Below, one piece after another: positions 1-12,620 of a stretch of DNA of 64,000 nt. This DNA comes from Vicugna vicugna (Eukaryota). The DNA lies in assembly GCA_013265495.1 (NCBI GenBank), contig MU057744.1, positions 2,865,370 to 2,929,369 of the forward strand. The letters run 5' to 3'. The notes beneath the pieces were generated by a model. That model was not told the origin of the DNA and made no database searches. It was given only the letters and a program-made list of their open reading frames with translations. Every line of letters starts with the position of its first letter. Position 1 is the first letter of the stretch. The translations under genes and the position numbers were made by a program.

Positions 1-43
1 ACTACTTGTGTTAATTTCCCATTAATTACATACAGTAACTTTC

Positions 44-2324
44 TTTCTTTAAGCCCCAATATTTTTTAAATTGAAGTACAGTCAATTACAGTGTGTCAGT
101 TTCTGGTGTGCAGCACAATGTGCCACTCATGCATATACATACATGTATTCATTTTCTTATTCTTTTTCATTAAAGGTTATTGCAAGATATTGAACATAGT
201 TCCTTGTGCTATACAGAAGAAAGTTTTTTAAAATCTAGTTTTATATATAGTGGTTAACGTTTGTAAATCTCAAACTCCCAAATTTATCCCTTCCTACCGC
301 CTTTCCCCTGGTAATCATAAAATTGTTTACTATGTCTGCAAGTCTGTTTCTGTTTTGTAGATGAGTTCATTAGTGTCCTCTTTTTTCTATTTTCTTTTTT
401 TTTTTTTTAGATTCCACATATGAGTGATAGCATATGGTATTTTTCTTTCTCTTTCTGGTTTACTTCGCTTAGAATGATGATCTCCAGTTCCATCTACCAT
501 CTATGTCAAATGGCATTATTTTATTCTTTTTCATGGCCGAGTAGTATTCCATTGTATAAATATACCACAGCATTTTTATCCAGTCATATGTTGATGGACA
601 TTTAGATCATTTCCATGTCTTGGCTGTTGTATATATTGCTACTATGAACACTGGGGTGGTTGTGTCTTTTGAGTTCAAGTTCCCTCCAGATATATGCCCA
701 AGAGTGGGATTGCTGGGTCATATGGTAAATGTATTTTTAGTTTTTTGAGGAATTTCCATACTGTTTTCCATAGTGGCTGCACCAATTTATATTCCCACCA
801 GCAGTGTAGGAGGGCTCCCTTTTCTCCACAGCCTCTCCAGCATTTGTCATTTGTGGGCTTTTGAATGATATGGCCATTCTGACTGGTGTGAGGTGATACC
901 TCATTGTAGTTTTGATTTGCATTTCTCTGATAATTAGTGATATTGAGCATTTTTTTCATGTATCTATTGGCCCTTGTACGTCTTCACTGGAGAAATGTCT
1001 CTCTAGGTCATCTGCCTGTTGTTTGATTCAGCTGTCTTTTTTTGTTATTGACTTGTATGACCTGTTTATATATTCTGGAAATTAATCCCTTGTCAGTCCT
1101 ATCAGCTGCAAAGATTTTTTCCCATTCTGTAGGTTGTCATTTTATTTTGCTTATGGTTTCCTTTGCTGTGCAAAAGCTTTTAATTTTAATTAGGTCCCAC
1201 TTGTGTATTTTTGCTTTTATTTCTATTGCCTGGGTAGACTGCCCTAGGGGAACATTGCTAAGGTTTATGTCAGAATGTTTTACCTATGTTTTCTTGTAGA
1301 AGATTTATCTTGTCTTGTCTTATATTTAAGTCTTAAAGCCATTTTGAGTTTATTTTTGTGTATGGTGTAAGGGATTGTTCTAGCTTCACTAATTTACATG
1401 CAGCTGTCCAGTTTTCCCAGAACCACTTGCTGAAGAGACTGTCTTTTCTCCATTGTATATTCTTGCCTCCTTTGTCAATGATTAATTGATTGTAGGTCTG
1501 TGGGTACATTCCTGGGCTCTCTATTCTGGTCCATTGGTCCATTTGTCTGGTTTTGTGCCAATACCATGCTATTTTGATTACTGTAGCTCTGTAGTATTTC
1601 TGAAGTCTGGGAGGGTTATTTTTCCAGCTTCATTTTTTTCTTCAGTATTGTTTTTGAAATTCTGGGTTTTTTGTGGTTCCATGTAAATTTTAGGATTATT
1701 TGTTCTAGTTCTGTGAAAAATGTCATGGGTAGTTTGACAGGAATGACATTAAATCTGTAGATTGCCTTGGGCAGTATGGCCATTTTAACAATATTGAGTC
1801 TTCTAATCCAAGGGCATGGGATATCTTTCCATTTCTTTAGGCCATCATTAGTTTCCTTAATCAATGTTTTGTAGTTCTTCATGTATAAGTCTTTCACCTC
1901 CTTGGTCAGATTTAATTCTAAGTATTTTATTGTTTTGGATGCAATTTTAAAAGGGGTTGTTTCTTTACCTTCTTTTCTTGCTATTTCACTGTTAGTGTAA
2001 AGAAATGCAACTGATTTCTGTATATTAATCTTGTATCCTGCTACCTTGCCAAATTCTTTTGTCAGCTCTAGTAGTTGTTGTGTGGAGCTTTGAGGGTTTT
2101 CTATATATAGTATCATGTCGTCCGCATATAATGACAGTTTTACCTCTTGTCTTCCAATTTGGATCCCTTTTCTTTCTTTCTCTTGCCTGATTGCTGTGGC
2201 AAGGACTTCCAATACCATGTTGAATAGAAGTGGTGAGAGTGGGCATCCTTTTCTTGTTCCCCATTTTAGTGGAAAGTCTTTCAGTTTTTCACAGTTGGCT
2301 ATTCTGGCCGTGGGTTTGTCATAA
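44..2324 (-). mobile_element. 5'-truncated young LINE-1 (camelid-type), ORF2 3' half plus 3' UTR, with 14-bp TSD
   Basis: Minus-strand ORF pieces match L1 ORF2: [18 protein letters not shown] (RT) and [17 protein letters not shown] (C-terminal Cys-rich domain). T-rich tail at the left end. TSD ATACAGTAACTTTC at 30-43 and 2325-2338; the empty site TTTC/AA fits the L1 endonuclease consensus. Confidence 0.97.
675..2324 (-). pseudogene. Disrupted L1 ORF2 (reverse transcriptase and C-terminal domain remnant)
   Basis: Homology is split over frames (1616-2455, 1333-1542, 737-922, 675-959). The L1 part starts at IYDKPTA; the N-terminus of the 279-aa ORF is flanking DNA. Confidence 0.93.
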
Positions 2325-3235
2325 ATACAGTAACTTTCAAGAATGTTAAAGCTCATGGGATAAGCCCTCAGTTCCCATCGACTTTTTGTGATGTAACTAT
2401 CAATTCTTGTTGAATTTTTGGAAAATTGTGAAATGAAGGGAGTGGGCTCACACATCCATCTTGCGGTGTCTCACCCTCCATTACCTTGAATGTTTTGCTG
2501 AGTTGAGTTGAGAGGTCCAGCTGTTTTCAAGTCCAAGTGGTGATACACCTGAATTTTGGGAGTTTTAAACTAAACGTCAGAGCCTTTTCTCCTACTGCTG
2601 AAATGTACACAATTTACACTCTCGCCATAAAGTGCTGCTTGACATTGACCCTGGAACAGACCTGTCTCTATACACCCCACTCAGACTGCCTGTGGTTGAC
2701 TGAGACCAAGATGCTTCCTGAGAAGAAAGGTCACTGTGACCTTGAGAACAGAGCACTGGACACTTAGTATCAGCGAATAGGAGGTGAGCAAATCTTATGC
2801 CTGGTGGAAAAGGTATTGGGGGTCTCAGAAGAGCCCATTAGAGATGCAAGAGGCCACGTGTACATTATCTGTTGAAATATTCATGTTCTTCCTTTAAGGA
2901 GGTTTTGTCTTCTGACCTGCAAAGAAATGTCTGGTCGTTTAATGGAAACTATTATTTTTTTAGTAAGAAAAAAGATCCCACAATTTATATGAAACATTCT
3001 ACCTTTGTACAATTGTTCATTTACACTAAGAAGAAAAGCAAACCCTCTTCTTCTGAGCATTTTAAAAATTGTAAGAACCTAGTGTATTTCCTAAACAAGA
3101 TTCATTATATTACATATATTTTGGCAGGGAAAAGGAAATTATAATACAAAACCATCATTGAGTTTTTGCTTCACAGCTACGATAATTTGCCTTCTTTCCC
3201 TATCGTTGTTAATTCTTTCCTCTGGCCAAATTGAC

Positions 3236-3464
3236 ATTTTTTTCCCATTTTTTTTTAATTGAAGTTCAGTCAGTTTACAATCTTGTGTCAATTTCTGGTG
3301 TACAGCATAGTGTTTCCGTCACCCACATTTATACATACATACATATATTCCTTTTCATATTCTTTTCCATTATAGGTTACTACAAGGTGTTGAATGTAGT
3401 TCCCTGTGCTGTACAGCGTGAACTTGTTTATCCATTTTATATGTAGTAAAATCGCGAACTCCCA
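3236..3464 (-). mobile_element. Short L1 3'-end fragment (young family)
   Basis: TTTTAATTGAAGTTCAGTCAGTTTACAATC..TTTCTGGTGTACAGC is closely similar to the L1 3' UTR at 61-280. Confidence 0.92.
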
Positions 3465-4669
3465 CAAACTGCATTTTTATTGCTAAACTTGCTTTGGGAT
3501 TTGTTGGGTTAGACTAGCTTTCTCAGCTTGTTTTAATGTCTCTCTTTTGCTTATTAACCTGTATAAACATCTTACGTGTTTCCCTAAATCTTTTTCCATG
3601 AGAAAACTTACTCTTTGCAAAGATTAAACAAGCAAGGGGACTGTAATGGAAGAACAAACTGTCTTCTTTAAAATAGTATCTTAGAGTTGAACCAAAATCT
3701 TAGGCAGAGAATGCAGGGGAGAGTCTCTGCTGTGGGCCGTGTGTGAAGGCCCCCCATGTGCTGAGACCCCTAGGACGCCTTTCCTGAGGAATAAGGTGTT
3801 CTCTTGAATCTTAGATTTACACGTTTGACCTTCTCCCATAAAAGATAATTTGTTTAATGCTTAGATAAAGATAGTGAGGGTTTAGTTTCACTTCAAATAA
3901 CTGTCCCGCACAGCACTGGCCTGATAACGCAGTTACCGAAGGCCGCAGGCCCGGGCTGTTAACAATTAACCGAGGTAGGCAGCAGCGGTGCCTGTGATAA
4001 GAACGGCCTCGATGAACGACACGGCTCGCGGGGGAGCACTGCGTTTACCGCGCACCAGGCTTGCAGAAAGTGCTAAGTTAGCCCTAACGTACGTGGGCAC
4101 CCAAAACTTACAGTGTCCAGCAACTTATTCTAATATTTACAGGAAATTTTTGTTATTCTGTGACGGGATCAGCCACAAGGAAGTTTATTTTGCATGCTTG
4201 GATTTCATAAAATAATATCACCCACTTCCTTCTGTGAGCTAAAGCAGGTCGCTGTGAAACGGCTTCAGGAGAACTGACTTCCCCCTGCCATGTCTCATCT
4301 GAAATGCTTGGTGTTCACATGTCCCGCCAGCCCGTTGCGCTGCGTCCTGCAGTAAGGAGCCGTTCACGCATTTCAGACCATTCAAAGTGTCCGTTCCTCC
4401 TACCATTGATGGAAGGTGGGAAAAATTGTAAATATTGCAGCGTTTGTTCAGTGAGCAAATAAAATTGCCCAGCCCGAAGTTCCCTTTTCTTTTCTTCCCT
4501 TTTTTATAAATTGTTCTGCCTTTAGTAATTAAATATTTTAAACTACAATGATGAGTTTTCGCTGCAGAAAATATAAATTAAAAAAATACGTACTTGCAGT
4601 TTGAGAAATAAAAACGTGAGAATTTAGTCTTCCAGTGACTCACATGAACAAACAGAAAGGCCCTAACCT

Positions 4670-5460
4670 CAGATGCCTCCCCCGGGTACCGGGGGCTCTG
4701 CGCTCTGTGCTTTCTGGGGACCTGGGGGTTCGAGAGAAGACGGGTAGGCAGAGACACCTGCTGGCACCCAGGCAAGCCCCGAAGCGCTGACCGGGGGCGC
4801 CGTCAGCGCTGCGCGGGCTTTCAGAGCACCTAGTGCGCCCTGGGCGCTCCGTTTACCTCCGGGCGGCGGCTGCAGTAAGCGGAGCCCTGAAACTCCCTTG
4901 GGTGCGGCTGTTTCTCAGGTGAATGACTGCTTCTGTCTTGAGGACACTGATGGCCCGCAGATCCGTCCGGGGAAGGCTGTGGGGCTCTGCCTGGGGCAGC
5001 AGCGCTCACGTGGGGTTAGGCCCGGGGGCCTCCCCGGAGGGGCCCGGGGAGGAGGCAGGCGGGGGTCCCAGCGAAGCACGCGGCCGCTCCTGTGCCCGCG
5101 CGCCAGGCTGGGACGCGGTGTCCGCCCTGGCGAGGGGGCAGCCCTCGGGCTGACGGCACAGACCCGGGCCGCGGAGGGGACCACGGCCACAGTCCTCGTG
5201 GCAGGGCCCGAAGAGGAAGGGAAAGCCGCTCCCTGTGGCCTGTCGCTCTGCGCGGCCCTCGTTGTCGGCTGGAGAGCGTGAACACAGGAGAACCTGCACT
5301 GACTCTGCGTCCTCGTCGCGACTCCCCCACAGCCCGCTCCTGACCCGGGAGGGGGCGGCCTCTCTTCGGCAGGAGACTGTGTGTGTGTGTGTGTGTGTGT
5401 GTGCGTGCGCGCTGCCCGGAATCGACCCACACGGCGCAGCCCAGCCTCCGGCCCATCTCA
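4670..5460. promoter_or_regulatory. CpG-rich island (function unknown)
   Basis: Dense CpG and high GC between AT-rich flanks; GC-box-like GGGGCGG at ~5352. Confidence 0.6.
5378..5412. repeat. (TG)13 microsatellite running into CG/TG alternation
   Basis: Read directly. Confidence 0.97.
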
Positions 5461-6419
5461 CACTAAAAATAACCACAGAAAATGCCTGGCAGCTTGCTTC
5501 CAACACTCTTGAAACAACTGCATTTCTGGGGCTGCTGGAAGCCTGGCCCCTCCTCCTCACAGGGAGCCGCGTTTGCCCACAGAAGGAGGGCCACTAGTTG
5601 CTTCACAACTGTCCCTTTGATCTGCTCTCATTTTCTGTCTAATTAAATGTCAATATTATTTCAGATTATAAGTCAGTGGAACGAGGTGTCATTTTTCTGC
5701 CGTTCTCCACGTCTTCCTTATTTACCAGAGCAGGTGCTGTAATAGATATTCTGCAGAAATGCCTATCAGATGGAGATAATAGTGTCCCTCTTAATCTTAT
5801 TAAGAGGCTTAACTGTGGTGGCATATGTGACCGTCCCTCGTGGGGAGTACACCGCAGCTTACGCAGCGTGCATTACTGTTACGATTATGAGTGTTAACAC
5901 TAGTATTTACAAGACAATGCTCCCAACATGGAATGGACATTGAAAAGAATCAGAATATTTATAAATATATAGGGTCACAACTCCTAGCTCCCAATAATTC
6001 TTCAATAATGTTTGTTGGATCAAATATGAAATCAATACAGTACAAATGGACCACAGTGAAACAGGGGCACAGAATACAGGGTGAGTCAGAGCCTCGTTAA
6101 ACTGATGCAGAAAGTGACAGGTAATGTAATTTTTTAAAGGTGAGTGACCTAGATTCGTAGTTTGGTGAAGACACCATAAGGAAAGCAGCCTTGGCAAAGC
6201 CAGAAGGGACAGGAGTGATGCTGAGCAGGGGACTGTGGTTATGATCAGAGTCTCATCATCAGGGTGGGCGTCCGTGGTGACGGCGGTGTAGCTGGCGACT
6301 TCTCTGCGTGTAGAAGACAGAAAGAGGTGGGACGGTCCATGGTTTCAGGAGGAGACAGTTCCGTTCCACTCAGCTGTCTCAGTGAAGCATCTTAGCTTCA
6401 CTTTAAAGAAGTGTTTTCG

Positions 6420-7300
6420 TCTGTCCTCCAGCCGAGCCTCTCCTGTCAACTCCAGAGCTGGACATCTGGTTATTTAGCTTCTGTGTTTGAACAACTAACA
6501 TGTGCCTCAAAGTTAACATGTCCGGGAGTGAACAATGCTCTCCTGCCCCCGAAACCTTGGGTCCCTGGGTCTCCCCCTCTCAGCACGCAGTCCCACCTTG
6601 CACTTAAGCCCACACGCTCGGACCATTTCGAACTCCTTTGTTTGGCTCGAACCTCAACCCCAAACCATCAGCAAACACTGTCAGCTTTCCTATCGAAATA
6701 CATCCCAAAAATGTGACTTCACCACTTCTCACCGTTCCTGTCCTTCAGGGCCAGTCAAACCCACAAATTGCAGCAGGCTCTGGAGTGGTTTCCAGGCTTC
6801 CTCTCTTGCCCTGACAGAGGCCATAACCCAACCAGCAGCTCGAGTCACCCCCTCAAAGCATCACGAAGCTACTGCCAGTCTCCCCTTGCAGGCCCCGCAG
6901 CCGCACTTGGAATAAAGTCCAAACTTCATCTCAAGACCGGCGTGCACGTGGCCCTCGCCCCTCCTTCCTTCACCTCCCCAGTGGCCTGTCCCCACCTGGG
7001 AATTCTGGCACTTGCCTTTCCTTCTGTCTGGCACACCCTCCGTCCCCCAGACTGTCACGTGCTTCCTTCCAACCGCTGCCCAAGTGTCACTCCCCGAGAA
7101 AGTTCTCTGACTTCTCACCGACACGTCCCCCTTAGGCCTTCTCTGTCCGTTTACCAGGTTTCCTTTCCCTGCATGGCAGCCGTGGCTGCAGGCCTCGCCC
7201 CGGGCGGACACCGAGCGTTCGCGTGTGGCCGTCTCCCCGCGGGGCGCGGCACGTGTCTCCCTGTGGCGCTCACGGCCTGTTTGCGTGTCGCACCTACTCG
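6420..7300 (+). mobile_element. L2 (L2a-like) 3' region remnant
   Basis: Recalled L2 landmarks in order: CTCAAAGTTAACATGTCC, CCATCAGCAAACACTGTCAGCT, ACCACTTCTCACC, GAATAAAGTCCAAACT. Confidence 0.8.
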
Positions 7301-10300
7301 TCCTTAGAAACTTACTTTTTTAATCCGAGACCATCTGTTTGATAGCTGTGCTTTTTATATACGACCGTCACTTGAAGAAGAACAAGGCAAACGGAATCCC
7401 TCAGCTTTCCAGCAGCGCCCTTAGGCGCCCGCGCGGGGCTCCGGGTGCCGGCGGCGAGGCCTCCCCGCCTGGCGCGCGCTCAGGGGGGCCGGTCAGCGCG
7501 TCCCTGCGGGGGCGCTCAGAGTAGAGCTCCGGTCCACACACCCCCGGCTAGAGCGTCTCTTCATCTCTTGAGAGTTTAGAAATGAAAGCCTGTGAGGTTG
7601 ATACAGTAGGTGAGCCGAAGGGCCCTAAGAGATGGGGGGCAGGAGCAGGTAAAGGACAGAGCAGGCTGGTGAGCGCAGGTGCCGAGAGATGCCAGGACTC
7701 CCCGCGCGAGCCTCCAGGGGACCCCTGCGAGGGGTAAGAGAGGGCAGCCCACAGCTCAGCTCCGGCTGGGGGTGTCTTTTGAACAAATGCCCTGTTCCTT
7801 TAGGAGTTTGGCAGGACCGCTTTGAGCCCAGGAGAACTATGACGTAGTCTACGTGTGACCGACTGGGGACGACAGAAGGGCCAAAAGCATCCCTTGCGTC
7901 CTCTTGCTCCCAGCCAGGCAGCGATAGGGAGGAGCAGGTGTCTGGATGCTCTGCGAGGCCCCGCGGCGGCGTCTCCCCGCGGCCAGAGCAGGCGCTGCCA
8001 ACCTGCTCCCTGTGCATGGTTAGACGTTCTCGTCACCTGAGGAAAGAACACTGGGCCCAGCTGCCCGCAGAAGTTCCAGGGACGCATGTTTGAGCTGGAA
8101 TCTCTCGGGCTACCGGCGCCTTCAGCCATTTTCCCCAAGGTCAGCTGTCCATTAGCAAAAGACAGATCTGCAGCGATTATCTGGATAATTCAAGCAAAAC
8201 CAGAACTTGGACTTAAATTGCCTGAATAATTGTAAGTTAGTAACCTCTTCGCTGTTGACTTGCTCTCAGGTCCATTGTCCAGGTGAGAGGCACAAAGCTT
8301 GGTGGCGGCTTCAGTTCCCCAGGTGATGTAAGCAGGCTGCTTCACTCCACCTCCTCAGCGAGGCCTGAACCTCGGTGGACAAGTGACATGACTTGGTAGC
8401 TAAGGCCAGACCTCCCGCTGGGAGGTGGGACACACCTCCGTCAGGGAGCACGGGTGTGTGTGGCGCTTGCGTCACCATGGCGCCCCAGTCAGCAGGGCGT
8501 GGGGTGGGAGCAGCGAGGCCTCATGGTCAGAAATCCTCATACGGGGGAGATGCTTGGGGAATAACATGGCCTTTCAAATCCACCCCCACGAAGTCTGTGT
8601 AACAGTGTTAGTGGTTGATTAAAAAGAAAAGTTTTAAAAATTTAGAACCTTTGAGTCCAACATAGTGTCACTCCCGTGCCTACATGTGGGATGATTTTAA
8701 ACGCACTGTTAGTAAAATTACATCCAACAAACTAAAAGCACAAAGTACTCTCCTCTGTTCTCTGATTTTTATAGGCTTATTTTTATGTGTGATTTCCTCA
8801 ATCAAACCCTCTTTAATGCTATTTACATATGAGTAACCTGTGCCATGCTCAGTCAGCACCGACTGCGTCCCAGCACTGCGGCCTGCAGGAGGCAACGGCT
8901 CCGTGTCGTCATCGCTTAAATCCGTCTGCCAGTAAAACAGCTTCTGCTCAAAGGCTGTCGTCTTGGGAGCTACGGGACATTTACGTTATGAAACTCATAA
9001 CCAAATTATGGTTTAAGATCTACTGATTTATCATGTTCACTCAACTAGCTTTGATTACACTCCTGCAGTGTGAGGAGGGATGTGCTATCACATATCTTAT
9101 CTCACGCTCCTGTGTGCACCAGAGAGCGGAGTGTTGTCGCTGGGTTTCACCACAGCTATAGCTTCTAGATCAAAATTAAATGGAAATAAAAACAGGGTGG
9201 CGATGTCAAGGGGCCCAGTGTTCACACACGGTGCAGACTGTCGGTAACTGTGTCTGCGCTTCTGGGCTCCTACCACGTGGACACGGAGCGTCGAACTTTC
9301 CTTTCTACTAAAGATTCTATCTCATTATTATCATTAAATCTGTAACACACTTTGAATATCGGTGGTGGTAATTATTGTTTATAATGTTGCCTGAGCTTTT
9401 TCCTTTATTTCATGAGTCAAATGAATCTCCCTGACTATGTTGGCAACAGATCTGCTTTTGTGAATGAATGATTTTTGTGAAAGAAAATCAAATACGTAGT
9501 TAAGAGAGTGGCTTGGAATTGCTTGAGTTTCTGTTTTGATTTGTAGGAGTCACTCTGCCTTAAGTTTTAGGTACATTGCTAATTAGACGAAGCGTGGGGC
9601 TGTGCCAGTTTGCTCACGCCGTGTGGGCCCCTCCCTCTGTAATCCACTGGTCCAAAGTCCTAATGCTACTTGGCTTTTATTTTAGAACACATGTATTCGT
9701 ATTTGGAGACTGAATTTTGTGATTTGCTGTTCTCAGTCATTGCACACCAGATCAGGTACTGATACCGCGGGAACGAATTTCCCAAGGTCAAGGCCATGCA
9801 AACTGCTCTTAGAGGCAGGCAGGGAGAGTTTATCAGAATAAATCAGCGAGGCCTGGCACAGCCCTGAGTTTGCGTAAGAGGAGGCAGAAGGTACAAATAA
9901 TTGATACGCCAAAGCAGGTAAGGGAGCTCTAGAAGGCACGCTGCCCTGTGTAAACAGCATGTGCTTGCTCAGATGTCTGCCTTGATCATTGTCCTCCCGT
10001 TTTGTTCAAGGAGTGGAGAACCTTCAGGCTGATCGATCCCAGGAAAGGAGTCAAATGGGCTGTGTGAACGGCGGGGCGGCCCCGTTGGCAGTACCACGAG
10101 AGCAGTCACGCTCAGCTCCACGGCACCACAAGGGCAGTTGCTGGAGGCTCTCTTAGAGTCCATGTGTGTGTGTTTCTGTGTCTCCTCTGCCTCTCGTTTC
10201 TTATGCAGCCGCACTCTGCAGTTGGCACTTCTACACTGGCCCCTGGAATTTTCGATGCACCAAATGACATGCCAACGTGTTTATTTTGAGGCCATTCTGA

Positions 10301-10854
10301 GGGGTTTATTCGGAAGGCCTTCCCATTTGCATCGGGTTCAGTTTGGCTCTGGTTATGTTTGCTCTTAGATTTTTGGAACTGCTGTGTGTGCTGGAAGGGA
10401 AGTCGAATGACATTTTGTTTATTTTAAGTTGTCTTTTTGTTTCCACAAGAGCAGCAAAAGGAAGGATGTTTTAGAGAATAATCTTTTTTTAGTTACTGAT
10501 TTCTACAAGGAAAATGTTTTTCATATATTTGAATAACTCCTTTGGTAAAGCAGCCTGACTTTGGAATATAGCTGCCGTACACTTACTGACCCGGTGCAGC
10601 CATATTCTGTTGATAGGTTGTCCCAGAGCCATAGACCATCACGAAAGGGACCCTTAAAGTGCACAGACAGCCTGCTGGATCCTTGCAGCTATTTGCAAAT
10701 CGCTTTTCCCTTTCTTAACTTTTACATTGGAAAATAGCGTGTGATAATCTGAGCAAAGGAAACGTGAACCTGCATTTTACCTCTTCGATCTGTGGTGGAC
10801 GGTGCATTTGTGTTACTGTTGTTGCTTGTGTACAAGCCTTCTTCTTTCTGTTGT

Positions 10855-11330
10855 CCATTTTTCAATATTTACTGAGTTACTGGCTACGTGCAAGGCACTG
10901 ACCTGGTACACTGTAGTCCCAAACTTCAGTGACCATAGCATCGTTTATGTAATACAAACTGTGGATAAAAACACTGCCTTCCGACCCCTGCAGTACCGAG
11001 TGCCGAGGAGGAAAGATGGCTTCTGACGGGGGGTCTGAAGAGCACTCCCAGAGGGCCTGGTACCCGGGGGAGAGGACGTGTAGGGCCCACGTGCGAGGTG
11101 CAGGGTTGGGAGCCCAGCAAAGAACACGACCAGAGCAGAGCAGCCATGGGAGGCGGCATCTCACTAGGAGGCCACCCACTTTGATGAAACCGTAGAGAAC
11201 GATGTGCCCGATGCTCCACGGTGACCCGAGACTCGGGTGGTCGGTCTTGTCCTCCGTCCAGAGAGGCAGCTTGCTATTCAGTGGGTAATGAAGAAACACT
11301 GCCGGGGTTTTAAGTTAGAAATAATATTAT
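10855..11330 (-). mobile_element. L2 3'-end remnant
   Basis: TTCAATATTTACTGAGTTACTGGCTACGTGCAAGGCACTG resembles the reverse of the L2 terminus; the rest is degenerate. Confidence 0.55.
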
Positions 11331-11399
11331 TATACACCAAATACCTGCTAAAGGAAAACCCGATGGTGAGAACAGGATAAATCAACATGCGAGGATAAC

Positions 11400-12620
11400 G
11401 ATGCGTCATGACGCACTAGCGTTGCTGCAGCCGTGGTCGCTGAGACCCTGCGAAGCGCTCCCGGCTCTGGGGGGCGGGGAAGGGGAGCGGGACAGGCTGG
11501 AGTCGGATCAGGGTTAACCGGCAGCGGCGTGAAGGGGGACGGCACCGGGCGTTTGGAGGGCGAAGCAGCTGCGCCGGGTGATAAAAGCCAGCCCATCTCA
11601 CCGAGGGGAAGCGCGTCAGGCCCGGCGCCGAGAGCTCAGGGGCAGAGCGAGGGCGCCCGCAGGCCCGGCCGCTCGGGCCTCCGCCTCGCCCCGTCCGCGT
11701 GTTGCTTTGACCCGGGCGCAGCTTGGCCCGCGCCGGGTCGGCGGACACGCCAGAAGCACGGTCTGCGCCGGCGCCTCCGACACACACCCGGAGTCGGGCT
11801 GACGGAGCCGTCCCTGAAAGCTCCTGATTGGCAGTGGGGGTCGTGGCCCCCGGGGAAGCCTGGGTCGCTTACACAGGAAGGGAAGCAGACGCCCGTTTGG
11901 GGAAACGAACAGAACCTCCAGGAACCGACGCGACGTTGTAGGCTGCCCGTACTTCAGGCAAACAAGCAAGCGAACACGCCAACCTGTGCCTCCTTCTGGA
12001 GAAGGAGCAACCGTCAGCTGTGACAAGGAGACGACGGGGTGAAGGCGGGGCGGCACCCGGGGGACTCGCTGGCGCCGCGGGCGGAGGCGGCCGAGCTGCG
12101 CGGGGAAGGCGAGCGCGCACCGGGGAATATATGCGCACATTGTGCGCATATATACGCACATCTGTTGGGTTTTCACACAGGGTTTTTTTAAGTCCTGATA
12201 CTGTTACCCCAAAGCGGATGGGAAAAGACCCCAGTTCCCGTCTTACTCTGAAGATAAGAAGTCAGACGGGAGACAGACGCGTTGTGTAGCGAAAGATTTT
12301 AACGGTTTTATTACCGAGCGCGGGAGGCGGGCTGATCCGAGGGGGGCGGATGGCAGTGGTCCCCGCCTGCCCGCCTCTCACACCCTCGCTCGGAGGTGGC
12401 CTCTTGGCTGATGGACAGCTCTTGCCACAGAGTGCTTCCTCGTGCTCGCCCCCCTTTGTGCACATCCTCGCCGTGCTGCGCACGGAAAAGCCCACTGGTG
12501 GGGTGCAGTTAGGTCCCCGTCGCCACCGCGCCGTCGTGGCTGTCGGGTTCTAGCTGGTTTCTCGCTGGCCCTCCTCTAGGAGGTGAAGCCCCCTTGTGCT
12601 GGAGGCGGGCACGCTGCCAT
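11400..12620. promoter_or_regulatory. CpG-rich island (function unknown; possibly partly L2-derived)
   Basis: Dense CpG; ATTGG (reverse CCAAT) at ~11827; GGCGGGGCGG at ~12044; two palindromes (11402, 12127). Confidence 0.6.

Noticed and set aside
1616..2455. 279-aa ORF with a YADD reverse-transcriptase motif as a novel RT or retron-like system
   Set aside because: It is an ordinary truncated, frameshifted L1 ORF2 bounded by TSDs; its N-terminus is flanking DNA.
4898..5597. Overlapping 120-184 aa ORFs on both strands
   Set aside because: Low-complexity G/A/R/P translations in several frames reflect stop-codon scarcity in GC-rich DNA; no recognisable domain.
6041..6086. Plus-strand mini-exon (CAG|TACAAATGGAC...AGG|GTGAGT)
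   Set aside because: Good donor but no polypyrimidine tract, the peptide MDHSETGAQNT is unrecognised, and no partner exon was found.
11348..12289. 120-196 aa ORFs in the CpG island
   Set aside because: Same GC artefact; no homology recognised.
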